Shown here one piece after another: positions 1 to 6,523 of a DNA stretch of 40,547 bases; within the stretch, counting starts at the first letter, position 1; each line of letters begins with the position of its first letter. Made by a program: the position numbers and the translations under genes. The notes beneath the pieces were generated by a model. The model was not told where the DNA came from. It searched no databases and worked only from the letters and a program-made list of their open reading frames with translations. Source of the DNA: a virus. The stretch lies in IMG/VR virus record IMGVR_UViG_3300021083_000286, positions 1-40,547 of that record. The stretch is one strand, 5' to 3'.

Positions 1-55
1 AATGAATTATTGAGGCTGATATATGTACTTGAAGAATGTCAGGTTAACAGCGAAG
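1..55. repeat. 55-bp terminal direct repeat, identical to 40493..40547 (circular-assembly overlap or very short terminal redundancy)
   Basis: aatgaattattgaggctgatatatgtacttgaagaatgtcaggttaacagcgaag occurs at both window ends, read directly. Confidence 0.95.
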
Positions 56-144
56 ATGCGATAGATTTCTATGAAACATTATCAGATATAATTGAATCAT
101 TGAAAACAAGAATAAATCATGAACAGGAGAAGATAAATGACTGA
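1..144 (+). CDS. hypothetical protein, 3-prime part of a 51-aa ORF that starts at 40481 and crosses the circular junction
   Basis: Frame 1 is open from position 1 to TGA 142-144. It continues the ORF MMTSNELLRLIYVLEECQVNSE that begins at 40481. Confidence 0.5.
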   Translation, partial: NELLRLIYVLEECQVNSEDAIDFYETLSDIIESLKTRINHEQEKIND

Positions 145-349
145 ACTTGAAAAGCAATTAATGATATACGGTTCACTGGCATTTTCAGCATATAACATGG
201 ATTTAATCCAAGAAGGCTTTTCAGATAAACAAAAGGCTAATGTCAGAGCAATCGTTGAACGCCAATTGTATCGAGTTGAACAGATGTTACAACGAGACCC
301 ATGGGCTGCCTTTGAAGTTGGTCAGAAACATATATACGATTTACTTTAG
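137..349 (+). CDS. hypothetical protein (70 aa)
   Basis: ORF track; GGAG a few nt upstream; start overlaps the upstream stop, as in the neighbouring genes. Confidence 0.6.
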   Translation: MTELEKQLMIYGSLAFSAYNMDLIQEGFSDKQKANVRAIVERQLYRVEQMLQRDPWAAFEVGQKHIYDLL

Positions 350-358
350 GAGATAAAG

Positions 359-517
359 ATGAAGGATGGTTCATGGTGGCTATGTGGTTTTCTTCTTGGT
401 ATGACTTTCATACTGGGAATATTTTGGATGTCTTCTGTTATTACTTCTTTCGATGAGTATTTGGAATGGCATAACGCAAAAATGTGTGAGGAGCTTCAAT
501 ATGAAGACAATCAATGA
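359..517 (+). CDS. small membrane protein (52 aa, MKDGSWWLCGFLLGMTFILGIFWMSSVITSF...), absent from the ORF track (<60 aa)
   Basis: AGGAG at 348-352, 6 nt before ATG 359; one hydrophobic helix; hand translation ends at TGA 515-517. Confidence 0.5.
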   Translation: MKDGSWWLCGFLLGMTFILGIFWMSSVITSFDEYLEWHNAKMCEELQYEDNQ

Positions 518-668
518 CCTTGAGAACGAATTAAAACGCTCTGTGGACGTCTACAAGAAGACCCGCAGTAATGAGACTAGGGTAGCCATGGAGGACGCCA
601 CAAAGCGTTACGTGCAGGCATACAACGAGGTAGCTGGTGCTAAGCCTGGGAGTGATAATCCCCAATGA
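501..668 (+). CDS. hypothetical protein (55 aa, MKTINDLENELKRS...)
   Basis: GAGGAG at 489-494 precedes the internal ATG 501 of track ORF 453..668; the stop overlaps the rusA start (ATGA). Confidence 0.55.
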   Translation: MKTINDLENELKRSVDVYKKTRSNETRVAMEDATKRYVQAYNEVAGAKPGSDNPQ

Positions 669-1069
669 TTCAAGTCTTCATACCAATGGATCCACCAATT
701 GCTAAAGCCAGACCCAGGTTTAACAAGGGGCGCGTTTTTACGCCCAGTAAAACCGTATCAGCCGAGCATTCGATTGCTTATGCAGTTAATATAGAAATGA
801 TAAAACTCAATATCCCAATTATAACTGGCGCAGTTAGCATAAATATCGAATTTCGTTTCAAGAAGCAAAAGACGAAAATATGCCAACGACCATATCACAC
901 TGTTAAGCCGGATATTGATAATTTAATTAAGACTGTTTTAGACTCTTTGAATCGTATCGCCTACAAAGATGATAGTCAAATAGTAGAAATAAAGTCTAAT
1001 AAAACTTATATTGATAATGATAAGGCGGGAATATATATATCAATCGAGGAGGTCCCATGCTTCGTGTGA
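665..1069 (+). CDS. rusA: RusA-family Holliday junction resolvase
   Basis: PPIAKARPRF near the N-terminus and KPDIDNLIKTVLDSLN...YKDDSQIV, the catalytic-core pattern of RusA endonucleases; 134 aa is the typical size. Confidence 0.8.
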   Translation: MIQVFIPMDPPIAKARPRFNKGRVFTPSKTVSAEHSIAYAVNIEMIKLNIPIITGAVSINIEFRFKKQKTKICQRPYHTVKPDIDNLIKTVLDSLNRIAYKDDSQIVEIKSNKTYIDNDKAGIYISIEEVPCFV

Positions 1070-1245
1070 TCGTAGTCAACAACTCCAGAGTAGGAATCTG
1101 CGAACAAGTAGACTTAGTTGAAGTATTGACAGAATTGATTATGCATAACAGATATCTTCCAGATGAAGACTATTTGGAGATAATAACGCCACAGCAATGG
1201 AATGAAAGAGTGGAATCTAAAGTTAAACCAAAGATGAGGATGTGA
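1057..1245 (+). CDS. hypothetical protein (62 aa)
   Basis: ORF track; GGAGG at 1047-1051 before the ATG. Confidence 0.55.
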   Translation: MLRVIVVNNSRVGICEQVDLVEVLTELIMHNRYLPDEDYLEIITPQQWNERVESKVKPKMRM

Positions 1246-1246
1246 T

Positions 1247-1729
1247 ATGCCAATTAACACTAAACAACTTATAGAGCTCATTATTCAGCCAACATTGAAA
1301 GAATTTGATTTATATTCGCCATCAGCTGAGCAGTTATTAGCTGCTACGTGTGCCCAGGAATCATTGATGGGAACATATCTGTCTCAGGTTAATGGGCCAG
1401 CATTGGGGATATTTATGATGGAACCAGCTACTCATGATGATATATGTCTGAATTTCCTTAAAAGGAAGGTTGGTTGGCCAGATTCAAATATGGCCATTAA
1501 TCTTTATCCTTTCGATTGCGAAAGACTGCCTACAGATTTTAAATATGCCACCGCAATGTGTCGCATTCATTATCTCCGCGTTAAAGAACCTTTGCCGGCA
1601 TTCAATGACATTGATGGCATATGGAAATATTACAAGCAGTATTACAATACTCCAGGGGGGGCTGCAACACAAACGCAGTTCTTATTGAATTATTTGAAAT
1701 ATGTTAAACCGTATTATGAGGAGAAATGA
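1247..1729 (+). CDS. SLT-domain lytic transglycosylase-like protein (candidate endolysin)
   Basis: ATCAQES...GPALGIFMMEPATHDD resembles the SLT motif E-S ... GA-GLMQ-P-T with the catalytic Glu in QES. Assigned from motif recall only. Confidence 0.55.
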   Translation: MPINTKQLIELIIQPTLKEFDLYSPSAEQLLAATCAQESLMGTYLSQVNGPALGIFMMEPATHDDICLNFLKRKVGWPDSNMAINLYPFDCERLPTDFKYATAMCRIHYLRVKEPLPAFNDIDGIWKYYKQYYNTPGGAATQTQFLLNYLKYVKPYYEEK

Positions 1730-1730
1730 T

Positions 1731-2030
1731 ATGGAAGAATATGAAAACATAACTATTTTGCCCACCAAGGAATTATCGAATACTGGACAAACTTTAAATC
1801 AATTCCGATATCACGAGGCCAAGATAACTATGGGATGGGCTCCCAATGGAAGAGATGTTGCAACTCATGAAATTACTGCAAGATACATGGTTAATGAAAA
1901 AACAGGAGAGTTTATAGATTTACCAGATTCCGGATGGGAAATAACAGAATATGGTAAGAAAATGGAGAGACGAAAAATGATATTATTTGCTTTGGTTACT
2001 TGCTTAGTCATGTTAATAATGTTTTTATAA
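1731..2030 (+). CDS. tail-anchored membrane protein (99 aa), possible lysis accessory
   Basis: GAGGAG 7 nt before ATG 1731, which lies 2 nt after the lysin stop; C-terminal hydrophobic helix MILFALVTCLVMLIMFL. Confidence 0.5.
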   Translation: MEEYENITILPTKELSNTGQTLNQFRYHEAKITMGWAPNGRDVATHEITARYMVNEKTGEFIDLPDSGWEITEYGKKMERRKMILFALVTCLVMLIMFL

Positions 2031-2101
2031 CTGGACTATAATTATGGGTAACAACACCCATAGCAGGAGCAGAGACCTGCGACTTAATAGGAGAAACCAT
2101 A

Positions 2102-2359
2102 ATGACTACCCCAAATCCCATAAACCCTGGTTTAAAGCCAACGTGGGCTGATAAGTTCAAAACTTTCATCAAGAAGGCCACCATACTTATACCAGCCATA
2201 GTGACCACAGCCAGCGTTATAACGGCCTCAATTCCAGACCCTAACCCTGATAGTACATTGGCTGCGGTGCATCAATTTCTGGACGTCCTTTCTCTTAATA
2301 TTGGACAAAATGCCCACAATATTGGAAACGATACTGGCAATATTGGTATAAGCAATTAA
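2102..2359 (+). CDS. membrane protein (85 aa), holin candidate
   Basis: RBS AGGAGA before the ATG; hydrophobic segment ATILIPAIVTTASVITASI; sits downstream of the lysin. Confidence 0.45.
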   Translation: MTTPNPINPGLKPTWADKFKTFIKKATILIPAIVTTASVITASIPDPNPDSTLAAVHQFLDVLSLNIGQNAHNIGNDTGNIGISN

Positions 2360-2370
2360 TCTTGTATGAT
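2343..2370 (+). promoter_or_regulatory. sigma70-like promoter candidate (TTGGTA - 16 nt - TATGAT) reading into the ORF-free 2371..2596 region
   Basis: Hexamers read directly; no other support. Confidence 0.3.
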
Positions 2371-2596
2371 AAAATGACTTGCCCGGGCTCGATTATGGTC
2401 AGACTCTTCCGCTGTGTGTACACACATGATTTGCCATCATAACTCGCAAGCTTGTCTAGTGGCGATATCCATCTGGCGAACGGGCATTATCTAAATTTGG
2501 TCAATGCCCATTGACTAAATTCATAAGCCCCAGCATGAGTTCATCGGGCATACCAGGGCAACACTGGGGTTGTATCAGTGTTAAATCCATAATATC

Positions 2597-2974
2597 TCAC
2601 ACCCCGTACGTATGCAACCCCACCAGATAAACTTCAATCTCTTTAATCAATTTGTCGCCAGCAGCCATAATATGTTGAGTATCTAAGAAGCTAACCAGGG
2701 TAGTGAATTCCTTGGTAATGAGATTAGTTTTGATTGTCACCTTAATGAGATAAGCAGAGTCATTGGATTCGGACTCTTCTGGCATAAAGTTTGAATATAT
2801 AAATCCGATGGGGTCAATGGTGACATGGGTGCATGTTTCTTGTTTGAAGTGATCGTTAATCCTGTCCTTGATTAGCTTCTGTGGCCAATCTGTTTCCTCA
2901 TTAACCTTATCTATCCTGCTCACACATAGAGCATATACCAAGACCAAGAGTAAGAGCAATATTATAGTTACCAT
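2597..2974 (-). CDS. N-terminally anchored membrane or lipoprotein-like protein (125 aa), lone reverse-oriented gene
   Basis: MVTIILLLLLVLVYALC signal-anchor followed by a soluble domain. It is the only minus-strand gene in the early region and has non-coding DNA on both sides. Confidence 0.6.
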   Translation of the reverse strand: MVTIILLLLLVLVYALCVSRIDKVNEETDWPQKLIKDRINDHFKQETCTHVTIDPIGFIYSNFMPEESESNDSAYLIKVTIKTNLITKEFTTLVSFLDTQHIMAAGDKLIKEIEVYLVGLHTYGV

Positions 2975-3053
2975 GTAAATCCTTATATCCTAGTAATATT
3001 ATATATTGTGCCAGTACAACCTACTAGGCTTAAGAGGATTACATAAGAAACCT

Positions 3054-3117
3054 AGATCTAGATCTATTCTAGAAGATCTGAATGTATTAGAGATCTAATA
3101 TATCTTCTATATCTTCT
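3054..3117. repeat. cluster of four AGATCT palindromes (each containing GATC) plus one TCTAGA, followed by a perfect tandem 9-mer ATATCTTCT x2
   Basis: AGATCT at 3054, 3060, 3074 and 3091; TCTAGA at 3068; ATATCTTCT at 3100-3108 and 3109-3117. Confidence 0.9.
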
Positions 3118-3432
3118 CTATTCCTCTACTACCCCTGATACGCTGGATGGTAGGTTAGCAGAGACATAGCAAGAGCCAGGAATCACATAAAACGTGTGAA
3201 TCGCCCTTGCAATGTCAGACACGCCAGACGGCAGGCCCCTTCGACACTATGATGACTTTCCCTAAGATATCAGTTCCTAGGTGCCCACACTGTTCCATCA
3301 ATTCGCAATCAGTCCGCGCCCATGTAGAGTCTTTCTTGACGCGTTTAAATCAAGGTAGGTCGAAACGTTGAAGAGTCCCCGATAACCTCCTACCCCTTAA
3401 CCATATCTCCCTATAGCCCCGTTTAATTGGCT

Positions 3433-3525
3433 TGATAGATATGACTACCAATGATACTAGCACAACTTATTTCTCTTTTGTGATACTATATTTTTGTTAA
3501 CTGTTTATACTTCTATGTGATAGTA
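3433..3525 (+). promoter_or_regulatory. repeated TGATA(C/G)TA motifs, candidate operators/promoter for the downstream Cro-like gene
   Basis: TGATACTA at 3452 and 3481, TGATAGTA at 3518, related TGATAGAT at 3433; spacings 29 and 37 bp. Confidence 0.35.
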
Positions 3526-3540
3526 AACAACCTTATATTA

Positions 3541-3569
3541 GCCCCAATTAACCCCTGGGGCTTCTTTTT
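3541..3569 (+). terminator. intrinsic terminator-like hairpin (GCCCCA / TGGGGC, 9-nt loop) followed by TTCTTTTT
   Basis: Read directly. It lies inside the GTG-started extension of track ORF 3517..3870, which argues for the ATG 3619 start. Confidence 0.55.
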
Positions 3570-3618
3570 GTCTCAAGTTTGCCTTATGATGTATGACATA
3601 GCTCACCCAGGGAAGAAC

Positions 3619-3870
3619 ATGTCCAGACCAAAGCCTACATCCAAACATATAAAAGCTATAGAAGCTGCCATAGATTACTTTGGTAACCAAACAGAACTAG
3701 CCAAAGCCTTAAGCGTTAGCCGTCAACTAGTCAATGATTGGATCAAAGGACGTATCGTTATATCTGTTGAGCAGGCAAGACGTATAGCCAATATGACTCG
3801 CAATCAAATCACTTTCTATGACCTACGACCAGATGTCAAAATAAAAGATAAAAAAGACTTGCAATGGTGA
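3619..3870 (+). CDS. Cro/YdaS-family helix-turn-helix DNA-binding protein
   Basis: GNQTELAKALSVSRQLVNDWIKGR is an HTH, and ...ITFYDLRPD matches the YdaS/Cro-like tail; internal ATG with GGGAAG upstream. Confidence 0.7.
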   Translation: MSRPKPTSKHIKAIEAAIDYFGNQTELAKALSVSRQLVNDWIKGRIVISVEQARRIANMTRNQITFYDLRPDVKIKDKKDLQW

Positions 3871-3909
3871 AATGAGTATTGTATGATCTACTCATACAAG
3901 GGGGTATAT

Positions 3910-4197
3910 ATGAACAGTGATTACTTTGAAGCACATTACAGAGATGAAGACGAGCGTGTCAGTCCATGGGAAAGCCACATGCGCAATGAGGCTGACAGAA
4001 GAAGGGCTGATGAATATTGTGACCTTATGAAAAGCGACAGGGAGTACGAGCATTTCCAATTTGACAGCACTAAGGTTGAGCTAACTGAAGAGGAAGCACA
4101 GCTAAGTGTTGATAAGCTGTACTTTGCTTTACGCTCAGAAAGAGACAGAGAAAGAATGTCAAAGCTCATCAAAGAACAGTATGGAAGGAAATCTTAA
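3910..4197 (+). CDS. hypothetical acidic/charged protein (95 aa)
   Basis: Track ORF 3883..4197; GGGGG RBS 6 nt before ATG 3910. Confidence 0.55.
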   Translation: MNSDYFEAHYRDEDERVSPWESHMRNEADRRRADEYCDLMKSDREYEHFQFDSTKVELTEEEAQLSVDKLYFALRSERDRERMSKLIKEQYGRKS

Positions 4198-5057
4198 TGG
4201 CCCTACGAGCAATTAAACCAGAATCAGTACAGAAAAGACTTAAATGTCTCTTCTACGGCAATGCGGGTGTCGGTAAAACCACTGCGGCCCTTGCCTTTCC
4301 AAAGGTATACCTAATTGACACCGAAAAGGGTGCAGAGAATTCACAATATACTGAGATGCTATCCAAGAATGGTGGTGTCATATTCCAGACTACAGACTTC
4401 GATGAAATGCTGACGGAAGTGACTTCTTTGCTAACGGAGAAGCATGAATATAAGACTCTGGTGATTGATCCCCTTACAACCGTCTATAACGAGCTTGTAG
4501 AGCGTATTGGCTTAAAGACAGGTACAGAGTTCGGTCGCCACATAAGCGAAGCTAATAAGCAAATGAAGCATCTATGCATGCTGTTATTGAGGCTTGACAT
4601 GAATGTGATTATTACAGCACATGCAAAGAATGAGTATGGAACCAATATGGCTGTGTTGGGTAACACATATGATTGCTATAAGAAGCTTGATTATTTATTT
4701 GATTTGGTTTTTGAGATTCAAAAGCGTGGAGCACAAAGGGTGGCTGTTATAAAGAAATCTCGAATCAGCACGCTTCCTGATGGCGAGTCTTTTGAGTTCA
4801 GTTATGATGCATTGGCTGACAAGTATGGACGAGACGTTTTGGAGAGAGATGCTGTATCTCAAGAGCTTGCTACCAATGAAGAGATAGCCGAATTAAATAG
4901 ATTGATTTCGATGCTAAAGATTCCACCAGAGACTTGGAAGAAATGGCTTGATAAGTCAGATTCTGAGACTTTTGCAGAGATGCCAAGAGACAATATCAAG
5001 AAATGCATACAACATTTGACATCTAAAATACCGCAATCCACTGGAGAACCGATATGA
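4197..5057 (+). CDS. Sak4-like RecA-fold ATPase (AAA_24 family), ssDNA-annealing/recombination protein
   Basis: Walker A FYGNAGVGKTT, then LIDTEKG and TLVIDPLT (Walker B-like), the layout of phage Sak4/AAA_24 proteins; followed by an SSB. Confidence 0.75.
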   Translation: MALRAIKPESVQKRLKCLFYGNAGVGKTTAALAFPKVYLIDTEKGAENSQYTEMLSKNGGVIFQTTDFDEMLTEVTSLLTEKHEYKTLVIDPLTTVYNELVERIGLKTGTEFGRHISEANKQMKHLCMLLLRLDMNVIITAHAKNEYGTNMAVLGNTYDCYKKLDYLFDLVFEIQKRGAQRVAVIKKSRISTLPDGESFEFSYDALADKYGRDVLERDAVSQELATNEEIAELNRLISMLKIPPETWKKWLDKSDSETFAEMPRDNIKKCIQHLTSKIPQSTGEPI

Positions 5058-5515
5058 AATTCACACCAAAGACTAAAGATGAGATTGAATCAATGAACCT
5101 ACTTAAACCTGGTATTTACTCATTCAGAGTGGCTAATGCTCATGAGCATACATCCAAGAGCGGCAATGAAATGATAAAACTTACATTGGAAGTATTCGAT
5201 GATGAGGGGAAGACATATACTATGTTTGATTATCTATTGGAAGCTATGTCTACTAAGCTATTTTCATTCTGCTATGCTACCAATTTAGATGGGCAATATA
5301 GCAATGGTGTAATGACGGCGCAAGATTGCATTGGGAAGTGTGGGTATGTTCATATCAGAATTCAGAAGGGCAAAGAGAGCCCACAGGGTGGAACTTATCC
5401 GGATAAGAATGAAGTCAAGTCTTATATGTCAACGAAGCCTGATGCAAAAAGAAACGCTGCACCATTGATTAGCGAGAGTGATGCCAATGGGTTTGATGAC
5501 GATTTACCATTTTGA
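5054..5515 (+). CDS. DUF669-type single-stranded DNA-binding protein
   Basis: N-terminal LKPGIYSFRV...SKSGNEMIKLTLEV pattern and the acidic SSB-type C-terminal tail FDDDLPF; start overlaps the Sak4-like gene stop (ATGA). Confidence 0.7.
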   Translation: MKFTPKTKDEIESMNLLKPGIYSFRVANAHEHTSKSGNEMIKLTLEVFDDEGKTYTMFDYLLEAMSTKLFSFCYATNLDGQYSNGVMTAQDCIGKCGYVHIRIQKGKESPQGGTYPDKNEVKSYMSTKPDAKRNAAPLISESDANGFDDDLPF

Positions 5516-5529
5516 TATAGAGGTGAAAC

Positions 5530-5736
5530 ATGGATGAGAAAGATATAAGATCTCAGATAGAGAATGGTTCTATCATACAGACTATGGAGCAATTATTTAA
5601 GCATTTAATGACCAGCAATATAGATCTAATGGATTTCTTTCATGGTAGGGTTAGGAAAACTGAGAATCATATCACTATGATATATATTCTTATTGTAGTA
5701 ATTTCCTTACCTAATATTATAAGGTTTTTTCAATGA
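5530..5736 (+). CDS. hypothetical protein with C-terminal hydrophobic helix (68 aa)
   Basis: ORF track; GAGGTG before the ATG. Confidence 0.5.
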   Translation: MDEKDIRSQIENGSIIQTMEQLFKHLMTSNIDLMDFFHGRVRKTENHITMIYILIVVISLPNIIRFFQ

Positions 5737-5742
5737 TACGCT

Positions 5743-5817
5743 TGGCGATTAACTCAGCGGTAGAGTAGGTGACTGTTAATCACTTTGTCTCAGGTTCGAT
5801 CCCTGAATCGCCAGCCA
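5743..5817 (+). tRNA. tRNA-Asn: tRNA-Asn (anticodon GTT), CCA encoded
   Basis: Hand-folded cloverleaf: acceptor TGGCGAT/ATCGCCA, D arm ACTC-AGCGGTA-GAGT, anticodon arm GGTGA-CTGTTAA-TCACT, 5-nt variable loop, T arm TCAGG-TTCGATC-CCTGA, discriminator G, CCA. Confidence 0.9.
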
Positions 5818-5832
5818 AATAGGAGAAATGAT

Positions 5833-6132
5833 ATGAGTGGTGGAAGTTATAACTATTTTTGCTTCGACATAGGCAATTTCGCTAATGCTATTGAAAACCA
5901 GCATACAGATCCAAGGCGTGCCAGCTTCGCAAAATTGTTATTGTTAATTAAAAAAGCTGCTCATGATATAGAATGGGTAGATAGTTTTGATTATGGTAAA
6001 GGTGATGAGCATCAAGCCATAGACGAAGTGTTCTCTTTTTTGACGCCAAATCCTGAGGTATTAATTAAGGCACATGCATATGATGAGTTTAAGACGATAG
6101 TGAAATCTTTTTTAGAAACCGAGGAGAAATGA
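5833..6132 (+). CDS. hypothetical protein (99 aa)
   Basis: Track ORF 5785..6132 overlaps the tRNA; AGGAG at 5821-5825 supports ATG 5833 (MSGGSYNYF...). Confidence 0.6.
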   Translation: MSGGSYNYFCFDIGNFANAIENQHTDPRRASFAKLLLLIKKAAHDIEWVDSFDYGKGDEHQAIDEVFSFLTPNPEVLIKAHAYDEFKTIVKSFLETEEK

Positions 6133-6133
6133 T

Positions 6134-6499
6134 ATGTTTGAACTTATGTTAGATGATGTAAAGAAAGCCAAAGATGATAAGCCAAGAAAGGTTAAGTTTT
6201 ATCTTTTTAAGTCAGAATATGATGATATGTTTTTATTAAAGGCTAAGATAGAAGGAAGTTCATCCAAAGATGCCGTTATATTAACTGTTAAATTTGATGG
6301 AGATGATTTAAAGCTAAATATTTCCACCGATATAAACAGTCCCAATAAAGAGATTGTGATGAAACATAGGGCTGAAAAATCTTATTGTGTTGAACATTGG
6401 GCTCTTGTTGAAAATGAAGATGCTGAAGAAGAGGATGAATATGGACAGAAAGAAAGAGAGAAGTTTGTACGTATGGTCAAATCTATGATGGATAGGTAA
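6134..6499 (+). CDS. hypothetical acidic protein (121 aa)
   Basis: ORF track; GAGGAG RBS; tightly packed against the upstream gene. Confidence 0.6.
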   Translation: MFELMLDDVKKAKDDKPRKVKFYLFKSEYDDMFLLKAKIEGSSSKDAVILTVKFDGDDLKLNISTDINSPNKEIVMKHRAEKSYCVEHWALVENEDAEEEDEYGQKEREKFVRMVKSMMDR

Positions 6500-6523
6500 A
6501 TTTTTAACTTATAGGGGAATGTT

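Noticed and set aside
1-55. Treating the 55-bp end repeat as a genuine direct terminal repeat, or as the boundary of a mobile element or prophage
   Set aside because: There is no flanking host DNA, an ORF reads straight through the junction, and the length fits an assembler k-mer overlap. It is kept only as a note on genome closure.
3249-3371. 40-aa ORF (MMTFPKISVPRCPHCSINSQSVRAHVESFLTRLNQGRSKR) inside the ORF-free GC-richer block
   Set aside because: It has no Shine-Dalgarno sequence and nothing recognisable beyond one CxxC. It is too short to distinguish from chance, so it is mentioned only as an alternative explanation for the non-coding block.
3517-3618. GTG-started N-terminal extension of the Cro-like ORF. 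Similar upstream extensions: 8851 for 8911, 28351 for 28306, 5785 for 5833, 453 for 501, 1701 for 1731, 38394 for 38463 and 39335 for 39374.
   Set aside because: The extensions run through a terminator hairpin (3541..3569), a tRNA (5785..5817) or upstream coding sequence. Each internal ATG has a far better Shine-Dalgarno sequence, and 8911 also equalises the length of the two paralogs.
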